Shown piece after piece: positions 9,687 through 18,768 of a DNA stretch of 26,495 nt. The position numbers and the translations under genes were made by a program. This DNA comes from Candidatus Spyradenecus sp. (lineage in GTDB: Bacteria; Verrucomicrobiota; Verrucomicrobiia; Opitutales; UBA953). Below the pieces are notes generated by a model that saw nothing but the letters and a program-made list of their open reading frames with translations, did not search any database and had not been told where the DNA came from. Where the stretch lies: positions 1 through 26,495 of the forward strand of contig JAZSKX010000012.1 in assembly GCA_045535075.1 (NCBI GenBank), read 5' to 3'. Positions within the stretch are counted from its first letter, which is position 1; each line of letters begins with the position of its first letter.

Positions 9687-11090
9687 TCAAGTATTCGTTT
9701 TGCTGTAAGGCAGGTGAATCCGGAAGGTCGTTTTCCCGGGAACGCTTTCGAGCGAAATTTCGCCCTCGTAGGAGTCGACGAGGCGGCGGACGATTGCCAA
9801 GCCCAAGCCGAGTCCGAACTGCAATCCGTTTTTCTTCGTCGTAAAATCCGGCTGGAAGATTTTTTGGTGCAGGCTTTCGGGAACGCCCGGTCCGTTGTCC
9901 GTGATGCTGACGGCGATAAATCCGCGGAGCGTTCCCGTGGGAACGACTTGGAGGCGTATCTGAATTGTAGGATTCGGCGTTCCCGCGAGCTTGAGCGCAT
10001 CGCAGGCATTTTTGGTGATATTGACCCAAATTTGAACCAGCTCCGTCATGTCCGCGCAAATGGTCGGGCAGTCCCGGGCTTCTCCGATTTGTGCTTCGAG
10101 GCGAACTTCTCGCAGGTGGGTTTTCAAGAGTGCGATGGCTTCGCAAAGCGATTCGTGGATGTTGGTTCCGGCTTCGCGGACGATGTTTCCGCCGCCGCCA
10201 AGCAATTTGACCGAACGCACGATGCTGGCGGCATGCTTCGCGGCAACGCGCATGTCGTGCAAATCATGGCCGAGTTCCCAATAGCGTGCCGTGTTCTCAA
10301 GGTTTGCGATGAATTTTTTCCCGAGTTCCTTAGCGCCTTCGCGCGTTCCCGCGATGCGGACGAGGACTTTCGCAATGTCCGGTGCAAGCTCGTAGGTGTC
10401 TTCAAATTCTCGGGCAAGTCGGCGGACATCTTCGCTGGAAGTAACCGCCGAATAATTCAGCCCGCGGCGGAAAATTTCCAAAAGTTCTTCGGAACGCTCG
10501 GAAAGGGCGGCTTCTACGAAATCGAGCACAAAGTCCGTTTTCCGCGCAAGCACACCGACGGCGTTATTGAGTTCGTGGGCGATTCCCGCGGCGAGTTGCC
10601 CGAGAGTCGCGGACATTTCCGCGCGATGCATGCGCTTCAACGCCGCTTCTTTTTCAACCGTACGTGTAAACACGCGGGAATTACGTACGGCGAGTTCGTG
10701 CAACATCGCGGGCGCAAATTGCTCGACAAGCGAACCGTAAATTTCCGGTTCGACCGCGGGAACGTCCGTGTCGATGTAAGCGAGTTCGACATCCGTTTCC
10801 GCAATCATTTCGGAGGAAACGGCGTAGCGTTGGGAAAAGAAACTTTGAATCCCGATGTAGGAACCGGCGCTTGCGTGAAAAATTTCGTAGCGCATTTCGT
10901 CCGGGTCATCTTTGTTTTTCTGATACGCGGTAACTTCGCCGCGTACAATCAGGAAAAGCTGCTTGCTGGCTTCATCCTGGCGAAGGATCACGTCGCCTCG
11001 TCTGAACGAGAGGCGACGGCTCGGATCGGAGAAATAAACCCGATTGATGCGTTCCAGGTTTTTTTGGTACGGGAGCGGTTCTGCGGGCAC
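9687..11090 (-). CDS. Cytoplasmic sensor histidine kinase with an N-terminal cyclic-nucleotide-binding (CAP_ED-like) domain
   Basis: FRRGDVILRQDE...LFLIVRGEV...YIG (cNMP fold), H-box LAAGIAHELNN, N-box QIWVNITKNACDA, DNGPG, FTTK, GLGLGL. No TM helix. GTG start is approximate. Confidence 0.88.
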   Translation of the reverse strand: MPAEPLPYQKNLERINRVYFSDPSRRLSFRRGDVILRQDEASKQLFLIVRGEVTAYQKNKDDPDEMRYEIFHASAGSYIGIQSFFSQRYAVSSEMIAETDVELAYIDTDVPAVEPEIYGSLVEQFAPAMLHELAVRNSRVFTRTVEKEAALKRMHRAEMSATLGQLAAGIAHELNNAVGVLARKTDFVLDFVEAALSERSEELLEIFRRGLNYSAVTSSEDVRRLAREFEDTYELAPDIAKVLVRIAGTREGAKELGKKFIANLENTARYWELGHDLHDMRVAAKHAASIVRSVKLLGGGGNIVREAGTNIHESLCEAIALLKTHLREVRLEAQIGEARDCPTICADMTELVQIWVNITKNACDALKLAGTPNPTIQIRLQVVPTGTLRGFIAVSITDNGPGVPESLHQKIFQPDFTTKKNGLQFGLGLGLAIVRRLVDSYEGEISLESVPGKTTFRIHLPYSKTNT

Positions 11091-11145
11091 GGGAAGGGGA
11101 TTTTAAGGGTAAATTAAAAGCAACGGAGCGATTTCGCGGGAACGA

Positions 11146-12480
11146 TTATTCCCACGAAACCGGCTGCCCCGTACATTCGAGAACGCCGCGCCAAAGCTCA
11201 CTCGTCGTGTTGACGCGCTTACGCCCTTTAGCGATAAGCGAGAGCGGCAGATTGACGTGAACACGATGGCACATCGCAACAATCATACCCGTTTTTCCCG
11301 CCATGCCGGCATGAACGGCATTGTGTGCCAAGTGCGAGCAGTATGCATTGTCGTACGCGTTTGCGGGAATGCTTCGAATAATGTAGCTCGGGTCGATATA
11401 TTTAATCGACGTTTCAATGCCGTGCTTTTTCATGTCGGCGCTGATGCGGTCACGCAGGAATTTCCCGATGTCGGCGTGGCGTTTGTTCCCGGAGGCGTCT
11501 GTGCCGAGATTGTTGTCTTTAATTAAATCCTGACCGGCACCTTCGGCGACGACGATGACGGCGTGATCGCGCGTCGTGATGCGTTCCCGCAATTTGGCGA
11601 GGAAGCCGTTCGGCCCGTCGAGCTTGAGCGGCACTTCCGGAATAAGCACGAAGTTGGCTTCCGAGCTGGCGAGCGAGGCATAAGCCGCGATAAATCCGGA
11701 GTCGCGTCCCATGAGTTTAACGATACCGATGCCGCGCGGTGCGCCTTTGGCTTCGACGTGTGCGCAATTAATAACCTTAACGGCTTCCGAAACTGCGGAT
11801 TCGAACCCGAAGCTTTTGTCGAGCAAAATAATATCGTTGTCGATTGTTTTCGGAATGCCGATGACGGATTTTTTCAGATTGCGTAATTTGCATTCCTGCG
11901 AGATTTCATTGGCGGCGCGGAGTGTGCCGTCTCCGCCGACGACGAAAAGAATATCGATTCCCATGCGTTGGAGCGTATCGACGAGCGTCGGCGTATCCTG
12001 TTGCCCGCGGGAACTCGCGAGAATGGAGCCGCCTTGAGCGTGAATGTCGGAGACAACGTCCGTGTCGAGCAGAATCGGCGAATGCCCGTATTTCGCGACC
12101 AAGCCTTCGTAGCCGTAGCGGAAGCCGTAGATGCGGGAGACGCCGTAGGAGTGCTGCAAGCCCATTACGAGATTTCGGATAACATCGTTCAAGCCCGGGC
12201 AAAGTCCGCCGCAGGTAACGATGCCGACTTTCGTCTCGGCGGGATTAAAGAAAATACATTCGCGCGGACCGGCAGCCTCGAACGAGGGAAGCGGGCGACC
12301 TTCCTTGATTGCTTTCATCGTTCCCGCGTAGGTGATGTCAAAAAGAATGCGATCGTTGTCCGTTTTAAAGAGTTGTTCGGAGTAGCTTTCTTTTTTGAAA
12401 GGCGAGGGAAATCTGCATTCGCCGAGATTTTCGATTTGTGTGTCTGCTTCTGTAATTTTGGGGACTTCGTAAGAACTCAT
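11146..12480 (-). CDS. pfkA: ATP-dependent 6-phosphofructokinase (PfkA family, group X type)
   Basis: TCGGLCPGLNDVIR, GGDGT (Gly at the ATP/PPi-discriminating site, so ATP is likely), PKTIDND, LMGR and YIDPSYIIRS. Confidence 0.92.
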   Translation of the reverse strand: MSSYEVPKITEADTQIENLGECRFPSPFKKESYSEQLFKTDNDRILFDITYAGTMKAIKEGRPLPSFEAAGPRECIFFNPAETKVGIVTCGGLCPGLNDVIRNLVMGLQHSYGVSRIYGFRYGYEGLVAKYGHSPILLDTDVVSDIHAQGGSILASSRGQQDTPTLVDTLQRMGIDILFVVGGDGTLRAANEISQECKLRNLKKSVIGIPKTIDNDIILLDKSFGFESAVSEAVKVINCAHVEAKGAPRGIGIVKLMGRDSGFIAAYASLASSEANFVLIPEVPLKLDGPNGFLAKLRERITTRDHAVIVVAEGAGQDLIKDNNLGTDASGNKRHADIGKFLRDRISADMKKHGIETSIKYIDPSYIIRSIPANAYDNAYCSHLAHNAVHAGMAGKTGMIVAMCHRVHVNLPLSLIAKGRKRVNTTSELWRGVLECTGQPVSWE

Positions 12481-12637
12481 ATGCTTATGCGGTTATGCGC
12501 GAATTCTCCCACTTGAAGGGCTTGTTCGCAAGATTTTTAAAACTCTCGGCGGATAAGTTTTTGCGGGAACGACAAAAAAGCGCGGGAACGCCTTATCCTT
12601 GAAATTCGCTCATAAAAAGAACACTATCAAAGCAATT

Positions 12638-14209
12638 ATGAGCAAAACAGTTCTACTTGTTATTCGTGACGGTTGGGGAGCCAACCACAACGCCGCGCAG
12701 GATAAATTCAATGCGCTCAAAATCGCGAACATTCCGTTCTCGAACAAACTTTCCGCCGAATGGCCGCGCACGGAAGTCGCCGCACACGGTCCCGCCGTCG
12801 GGCTTCCCGAAGGTATCATGGGCAACTCCGAAGTCGGGCACCAAAACATCGGAGCCGGACGCATCGTCCCGCAGGAAATCATGCGTATCGACCTCGGTCT
12901 CACCGACGAAGGCATGAAAAACAACGCCGTGCTTCAAGCCGCTTTCGGAAACGTGAACGCGAAAAATTCCACGCTTCACCTTATGGGTCTCGCCAGTGCT
13001 GCCGGCGTGCACTCCACGCTCCCGCACCTCTACGGGCTTATTCGCGGCGCAAAAGCCGCCGGCGTGCAAAACGTTTGCATTCACGCTTTTATGGACGGAC
13101 GCGACAGCCCGCCGACCAGCGGTGTCGGTTTCATCAAGGAAATCGAAGACGAATGCGCCAAAATCGGTCTCGGCAAAATCGCCACGGTTTCCGGTCGCTT
13201 CTGGGCGATGGACCGCGATAACCGCTGGAACCGCGTCGAAAAAGCCTACAACTGCCTCGTAGGCGGAGACGCGCTCACGGCAGAATCCGCCACCTCTGCC
13301 GTAGAATGGTATTACGACAATCCGTCGAGCGACTCCGAACAGGGCGACGAATTTGTCCTCCCGACCCGCGTCGTTAAAGACGGCGTTCCCGTCGGCTCCA
13401 TTAAAGACGGCGACAGCGTCATCTTCTTCAATTTCCGCGGCGACCGCCCGCGTGAACTCACGCACGCGTTTATCGACGACACGTTCGACGGCTTCCCGCG
13501 CGCCAAAAAGCTCGATATTTACTACGCGACGATGACCGAATACCAGAAAGGTCTTTGCCCGAATGTCGTCTTCCCGAAGCCGCAACCGATGAAAAATATT
13601 CTCGGTGATTGGATTGCGCAACAGGGCTTGACGCAGTTCCGCACGGCGGAAACGGAAAAATTCCCGCACGTTACGTTCTTCTTCAACGACTATCGCGACG
13701 AACCGTTCCCGGGCGAAGAGCGCGGGCTCATTCCGTCGCCGAAAGAAGTCGCCACCTACGACCAGAAACCGGAAATGTCCGCCGAAGGCGTTTGCGAATC
13801 CACGATTAACGCGCTCCGTTCCGGCAAATACGCGCTTATCGTAACGAATTTCGCCAATCCGGACATGGTCGGGCACACAGGCAAACAGCCCGCAATCATC
13901 AAGGCTGTCGAAACGGTCGACAAATGCCTCGAACGCATTTGCGCCGTCGCCGACGAATGCGGCGTCGATATGCTCATCACCGCCGACCACGGGAACGTCG
14001 ATGAAATGTATGACGAAACGACGAAGGGCCCGCACACGCAACACACGCTCAATCCGGTTGAGGTTGTCCTTTATGGGAACGGCGTCAAGAACGTGAAACT
14101 GCGCCAAACGGGCGGTGCGCTCGGCGATATTGCTCCGACCCTGCTCGACATGATGGGCTTGCCGACTCCGCCGGAAATGACGGGCAAATCCCTGATTGAA
14201 AAAGCTTAA
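12638..14209 (+). CDS. gpmI: 2,3-bisphosphoglycerate-independent phosphoglycerate mutase
   Basis: [12 protein letters not shown] (catalytic Ser), [31 protein letters not shown] and HTLNPV. Start set to the ATG at 12638. Confidence 0.97.
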   Translation: MSKTVLLVIRDGWGANHNAAQDKFNALKIANIPFSNKLSAEWPRTEVAAHGPAVGLPEGIMGNSEVGHQNIGAGRIVPQEIMRIDLGLTDEGMKNNAVLQAAFGNVNAKNSTLHLMGLASAAGVHSTLPHLYGLIRGAKAAGVQNVCIHAFMDGRDSPPTSGVGFIKEIEDECAKIGLGKIATVSGRFWAMDRDNRWNRVEKAYNCLVGGDALTAESATSAVEWYYDNPSSDSEQGDEFVLPTRVVKDGVPVGSIKDGDSVIFFNFRGDRPRELTHAFIDDTFDGFPRAKKLDIYYATMTEYQKGLCPNVVFPKPQPMKNILGDWIAQQGLTQFRTAETEKFPHVTFFFNDYRDEPFPGEERGLIPSPKEVATYDQKPEMSAEGVCESTINALRSGKYALIVTNFANPDMVGHTGKQPAIIKAVETVDKCLERICAVADECGVDMLITADHGNVDEMYDETTKGPHTQHTLNPVEVVLYGNGVKNVKLRQTGGALGDIAPTLLDMMGLPTPPEMTGKSLIEKA

Positions 14210-14223
14210 TTAACCGCGTGAAA

Positions 14224-14305
14224 CCGTTCCCGCAAAGCGACGGGAACGGAGAATCGGTTTTGTCGCGTTCCCGCGCTTGTCTTTTAGCGGGAACGCGTTT
14301 ATTTT
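14224..14305 (+). terminator. Two tandem hairpins after gpmI, each made of an inverted pair of the GCGGGAACG motif; the second has a U-tract
   Basis: CCGTTCCCG-caaagcga-CGGGAACGG (14224-14249), and CGCGTTCCCGC-12 nt-GCGGGAACGCG (14264-14297) followed by TTTATTTT. Confidence 0.7.
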
Positions 14306-14333
14306 ATCCCGAAACCTTTTTTTATAAAAAACG

Positions 14334-15845
14334 ATGAGCGAAAAGAAATCTTCCTCCAATCTGATGAACGACATCATCAACCTGTGCAAACGCCGCGGCT
14401 TTATCTTCCAGTCGTCCGATATTTACGGCGGATACAACGGATTTTTCGATTACGGTCCTCTTGGCGTCGAGTTGAAAAACAATATCAAGCAGGCGTGGTG
14501 GAAAGATATGGTGCATCGCCGCGACGACATTGTCGGGCTTGATTCGACGATTATTCACCACCCGACGACGTGGAAGGCGTCCGGGCACGTTGATAATTTT
14601 ACGGACCCGCTCGTTGATTGCAAAGAGTCGAAAATGCGTTATCGTGCCGACCAGCTGTTTTTCGCACCCGTCATCGTCGCCGGCGAAACTATCGGCTACG
14701 TTTCCGTTTTGGAAGACGAAGGCATGCAGGCGCAGGCGGAGGAAATGGCGAACGACATGAAGCGCAAGCTCGCGAAGCAGGGCGAAATGGCGTCGATCGT
14801 GTTGAAAGATTACACGGAAGCGAAGCCTGAAGAATACGCGCTGATTCCGTCTCCGGCGACGGGCAAGCCCGGTTCGCTCACGCCGCCGCGCGCGTTCAAC
14901 ATGATGTTCCAAACCTACGTCGGCGCGTTGCGCGACGAAACGGCGGTCGCCTATCTGCGCCCGGAAACCGCGCAGGGCATTTTCATCAATTTCAAAAATA
15001 TCGTCGATACCGGGCGCGTCAAAGTGCCGTTCGGGATCGCGCAAACGGGTAAGGCTTTCCGCAACGAAATCAATCCGCGCAACTTCATTTTCCGTTCCCG
15101 CGAGTTCGAACAAATGGAAATCGAATATTTCATTTCGCCCGACGCGGATTGGCAGTCGCTTCACAAAGGCTGGATCGAATACTGCATGGATTGGTTCGAC
15201 GGGATCGGCATCCCGAAATCGCGTCTTTCGCTTTACGACCACCCGAAAGAAAAACTCGCGCACTACTCGAAGGGCACGACGGATATTATGTTTGAGTTCC
15301 CGTTCGGCGTGCAGGAATTGCAGGGCGTTGCCGCGCGCGGCGATTACGACCTGACGCAGCACCAGACGGTTTCCGGCAAGTCGATGGAATATTTTGACGA
15401 AGCGGCGAAGCGCAAATACGTGCCGCATGTTATCGAACCGTCCGTCGGCGTGGACCGCATTTTCCTCGCCGTGCTTTCCGCAGCGTATTGCGAAGAAGAA
15501 GTGGACGGCGAAAAACGCCTCGTGCTCAAGCTGCACCCGCGCCTCGCGCCGTATAAAGCCGCCGTGTTCCCGCTCGTGAAAAACAAGCCGGAACTCGTTG
15601 AACGCGCCGACGCTATTTACAAGCGCCTCAAACGCCGCTGGAACGTCTTCTACGACGCGGCGGGAGCAATCGGGCGTCGCTATCGCCGTCAGGACGAAAT
15701 CGGCACGCCGTTCGGCATCACGATTGACTTCGATACGATTGAAAAAGACGGCAAGGTTACGCTCCGCGACCGCGACACGCTTCAGCAGATTCGCCTCACG
15801 GAAGACGAGCTCGTCGCCTATCTTTCCGAAAAAATCGACGGATAG
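14334..15845 (+). CDS. glyQS: Glycine--tRNA ligase, homodimeric alpha2 (eukaryote/archaea-like) type
   Basis: [54 protein letters not shown], and the [14 protein letters not shown] anticodon-binding domain. Confidence 0.96.
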   Translation: MSEKKSSSNLMNDIINLCKRRGFIFQSSDIYGGYNGFFDYGPLGVELKNNIKQAWWKDMVHRRDDIVGLDSTIIHHPTTWKASGHVDNFTDPLVDCKESKMRYRADQLFFAPVIVAGETIGYVSVLEDEGMQAQAEEMANDMKRKLAKQGEMASIVLKDYTEAKPEEYALIPSPATGKPGSLTPPRAFNMMFQTYVGALRDETAVAYLRPETAQGIFINFKNIVDTGRVKVPFGIAQTGKAFRNEINPRNFIFRSREFEQMEIEYFISPDADWQSLHKGWIEYCMDWFDGIGIPKSRLSLYDHPKEKLAHYSKGTTDIMFEFPFGVQELQGVAARGDYDLTQHQTVSGKSMEYFDEAAKRKYVPHVIEPSVGVDRIFLAVLSAAYCEEEVDGEKRLVLKLHPRLAPYKAAVFPLVKNKPELVERADAIYKRLKRRWNVFYDAAGAIGRRYRRQDEIGTPFGITIDFDTIEKDGKVTLRDRDTLQQIRLTEDELVAYLSEKIDG

Positions 15846-15862
15846 TTCAACAAGCAATAACG

Positions 15863-16678
15863 ATGAGTAACCGGAATAAAATCCTACCGTTTTTGTGTGG
15901 TTTTGCGTCTCTGTTTTTCGCGTCGTGTGCCTCGGGCCCGGTCGGCGGGAACGCGTTGCCTTTGCAGTTTTCGACATTATCCGTCGAAGAAAAATCCGTC
16001 CTCGAATGCGATCCCAAAAAACCGGAACTGAGCATCAGTGTCGATTTGCGGTATGCGACGGATCTTGAGAATCCGACGGTTTCGCTTGAGATTAATCACG
16101 AGATTCTCGAAACGGCACTTTCTTCTTACGAAGAAAAAGTGTCGTTCTCAAAGAATGCGGATTTTGAGAAAACCATGAGAGACTATGTTGCCAAGGAAGT
16201 GAAATCTTACCAGGAAACGTGGACTGAAATTTTCAACGACTGGGGGCACTCTTCCGGCGCGGAAAACATGATTGCGATTCGCGGGAACACGCGCGGCTTT
16301 GTCGAAAATGCAATTATTTACGGTCTTGAGATCGACCGAGACATGGGCGGCGCTCATCCGATCCATCTCAAGTATTTCCTTAATTTCGATGCGACAACGG
16401 GAAAGCGTTTGAGCCTTGCCGATATTTTTAAACCCGAATACGAAAAGGAATTGACGGAATTGCTTATGCGGAAAGCGATGGTTTTGGAGAATGTTACCAC
16501 CAAAAGCAGACTCTCCTGCGAGCCGCGCCCGACGGAAAATTTTGTCATCGAAGGAGACGGAATTCTTTTTTATTTCAATCCGTATGATATCGCGCCGTAT
16601 TCCCGTGGCCCGATCAGCTTGAAGTTGCGCTATACGGAGCTCGCGCGTTTACTGAAAAAATCCGCATCGGCTCAATAA
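15863..16678 (+). CDS. Lipoprotein of the DUF3298/DUF4163 (RsiV/PdaC-like) family
   Basis: Lipobox-like FFAS-C, the GGAHP motif, NFDATTGKRLSLADIF and FYFNPYDIAPYSRG. Confidence 0.78.
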   Translation: MSNRNKILPFLCGFASLFFASCASGPVGGNALPLQFSTLSVEEKSVLECDPKKPELSISVDLRYATDLENPTVSLEINHEILETALSSYEEKVSFSKNADFEKTMRDYVAKEVKSYQETWTEIFNDWGHSSGAENMIAIRGNTRGFVENAIIYGLEIDRDMGGAHPIHLKYFLNFDATTGKRLSLADIFKPEYEKELTELLMRKAMVLENVTTKSRLSCEPRPTENFVIEGDGILFYFNPYDIAPYSRGPISLKLRYTELARLLKKSASAQ

Positions 16679-16696
16679 CACAAATAGCCGAATCAG

Positions 16697-16735
16697 GCGT
16701 TCCCGTGATTTTGTTTCGCGGGAACGCTTTTTTTT
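16697..16735 (+). terminator. Intrinsic terminator whose stem is an inverted pair of the (G/A)CGGGAACG motif
   Basis: GCGTTCCCGTGA-ttttgtt-TCGCGGGAACGC (12-bp stem, one G-U pair) followed by T8, 18 nt after the stop codon. Confidence 0.88.
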
Positions 16736-16817
16736 GTATTTCGATTTTAACGATTAGATTTCGGAAAATTATTTTCTGTTGGAGACGCTTTGAAAATAGC
16801 TTTATTGTCAATGTATT

Positions 16818-17816
16818 ATGAAAGCAAAAGCCCTTGTTTATAACGAAACCGGAAAGCCGCTCGAAGTTTTGAACCTGCAGGAAATTGACGTTCCCGCACC
16901 GCGTGCCGACGAAGTTACAATCGCGCTCGAAATGGCTGTCGTTCACCCGTCCGACATGGGAATGATTGGCGGAACCTACGGTCGCTTGCGAGAACTTCCC
17001 GCCGTTGCCGGGCGCGAGGGCGTAGGGCGCGTTTCCGCTGTCGGCGAAAATGTTAAAAATCTCGCCGTGGGCGACCGCGTGCGCATGCCGGAGGACGCCG
17101 GCGTTTGGCGTGAAGCGATTACCGTTCCCGCCGCTGAAGTCGAAAAAGTGCCGGCGGACGTTCCCGCCGAGCTTGCGGCGATGGGGTTTATTAATCCGAT
17201 GACGGTTTGGCGTATTCTTCACGATTTCGTTGAACTCAAGCCCGGAGATTGGGTTTTGCAAAACGCGGGAAGTTCCGCGCTCGGACAATGCCTCGTTCAA
17301 ATGGCGAACGCGCTCGGTTTGAAAACCGTTTCTATGGTGCGCAATGTTGAAAAATGGGAACCGGTTTTGAAAAATCTCGGTGCCGATGCCGTTTTGCCGG
17401 AAGAAAAAGATTCGATTAAAAAAATCGCGGAAATCGTCGGCGGGAAGGCGAATCTTCCGAAGCTCGCGCTCAATTCCATCGGCGGCGAAAGTGCGGCGCG
17501 CCTCACGCGCATGGTCGGCTTCGCGGGAACGATCGTTACGTTCGGCGGTATGACCGGCGACCTGATTCGCTTCCCCACGCGCGAATTTATTTTCAACGAC
17601 TTGCGCCTGCGCGGATTTTGGATGGATCGCTGGAATCGCGCGGCTTCGACTGAAGCAAAAGCGGAAATGGCAGACAAAATTTTTGCTATGATGCGTGACG
17701 GAAAACTCAACATGGCGGTCGATGCCGTGTATTCACTCGATGAATACAAATCCGCAATCGCACGCGCCCTTGAAGGCGGGCGCAACGGTAAAGTGCTGTT
17801 TCGCGGGAACGCCTAA
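16818..17816 (+). CDS. MDR-family 2-enoyl thioester reductase (MECR/Etr1-like, zinc-independent)
   Basis: VHPSD...GTYG, PAVAGREGVG, INPMTVWRIL, GDWVLQNAGSS, LALNSIGG, TFGGM and IFNDLRLRGFW are all characteristic of the ETR subfamily. Confidence 0.85.
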   Translation: MKAKALVYNETGKPLEVLNLQEIDVPAPRADEVTIALEMAVVHPSDMGMIGGTYGRLRELPAVAGREGVGRVSAVGENVKNLAVGDRVRMPEDAGVWREAITVPAAEVEKVPADVPAELAAMGFINPMTVWRILHDFVELKPGDWVLQNAGSSALGQCLVQMANALGLKTVSMVRNVEKWEPVLKNLGADAVLPEEKDSIKKIAEIVGGKANLPKLALNSIGGESAARLTRMVGFAGTIVTFGGMTGDLIRFPTREFIFNDLRLRGFWMDRWNRAASTEAKAEMADKIFAMMRDGKLNMAVDAVYSLDEYKSAIARALEGGRNGKVLFRGNA

Positions 17817-17832
17817 ATTTAATTTTTCCCCG

Positions 17833-18735
17833 ATGAAAATCGCGATTGTCGGAGCCGGAGCCATCGGCACGTTTTACGGCGTAAAGCTTGCGCAAGCCGG
17901 ACATGATGTCCGTTTCCTTTTGCGTAGCGATTACGAGGTTGTTCGAAAAAACGGATTTGAAGTTCACGACTGCGGAAACGTTTTCTGCGTTCCCGTGAAT
18001 GCGCATAAAACGCCGGAAAGTATCGGCGTTTGCGATCTCGTTTTTGTCGCGCTTAAAACAACGGCAAACGCACATTATTCGGATTTGATTGCGCCGCTTG
18101 TCGGCGCGGGAACGCGCATTCTCACCGTCCAAAACGGCTTGGGAAATACGGAAAAACTTTGCGAGCTTTTCGGTACGCAAAATGTTCTCGGCGGAATTTG
18201 CTACGCAACGATTAATCGAACGGCGCCGGGCGTCGTCAAGACCAACGGTCGCACGCTACTTTGGATTGCTGAACCGGAAGGTTTGCCGCAAGAGCGTACG
18301 CGGGAACTCGCCGCGATGTTTACGTCTGCCGGACTCGCCGCCGAAGCGCAGGATTCTTTGGCGGCAATGCTTTGGAAAAAACTTTGTTGGAATGTTCCGT
18401 TCAACGGGCTTTGCATCGCCGGCGGCAATATTGATTGTGCGCAACTCATGGCTTCGCCGGAATTGATTGAGTTGTCGTGGGCGCTTATGCGGGAACTGCA
18501 GGCGGCGGCGCGCGCCATCGGAGTGGAAATTTCCGATTCGCATTTACAAAAACAGGTGGACGTTACCGTGAAATGCGGCGCGTATCTGCCGTCGAGCTTG
18601 CTTGATTTTCGTGCCGGGCGTCCGGTTGAAGTCGAATCTATTTGGGGCGAGCCGTTGCGTGTCGCCCGTGCCGCCGGCGTTCCCGTGCCGCATCTCGAAA
18701 CGCTTTATTGGCTTTTGAAAAAACTTTGTCGCTGA
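17833..18735 (+). CDS. panE: 2-dehydropantoate 2-reductase (ketopantoate reductase family)
   Basis: MKIAIVGAGAIG, VALK, QNGLG, WKKLCWNVPFNG, SSLLD and EVESIWG. Start set to the ATG at 17833. Confidence 0.88.
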   Translation: MKIAIVGAGAIGTFYGVKLAQAGHDVRFLLRSDYEVVRKNGFEVHDCGNVFCVPVNAHKTPESIGVCDLVFVALKTTANAHYSDLIAPLVGAGTRILTVQNGLGNTEKLCELFGTQNVLGGICYATINRTAPGVVKTNGRTLLWIAEPEGLPQERTRELAAMFTSAGLAAEAQDSLAAMLWKKLCWNVPFNGLCIAGGNIDCAQLMASPELIELSWALMRELQAAARAIGVEISDSHLQKQVDVTVKCGAYLPSSLLDFRAGRPVEVESIWGEPLRVARAAGVPVPHLETLYWLLKKLCR

Positions 18736-18768
18736 GCGGTTATTTGCGGGAGAATCAAATTCTAAGCG

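Noticed and set aside
9625..10146. N-terminal extension of the response regulator (333-aa track ORF), a possible kinase-regulator frameshift fusion
   Set aside because: The extension is low-complexity out-of-frame kinase sequence. The kinase ends normally after its G2 box and the receiver has its own ATG at 9624.
9714..11117. 467-aa + strand ORF opposite the histidine kinase, with the same length as the kinase
   Set aside because: In-register antisense shadow with no domain signature; the equal length is coincidental.
12563..12590. Two direct copies of GCGGGAACG 19 bp apart in the pfkA/gpmI divergent promoter, a possible glycolytic operator
   Set aside because: The motif is ubiquitous in the window, so its presence here is not evidence of a specific operator.
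12653..15977. Long antisense ORFs of 484 aa (12653-14107) and 551 aa (14322-15977)
   Set aside because: They mirror gpmI and glyQS codon for codon and have no recognisable motifs. They are shadow ORFs expected when TTA, CTA and TCA codons are rare on the sense strand.
18736..18768. Search for a LexA/SOS box upstream of uvrB
   Set aside because: No TGTTC-N4-GAACA, CTGT-N8-ACAG or GAAC-N4-GTTC in the 33-bp gap.
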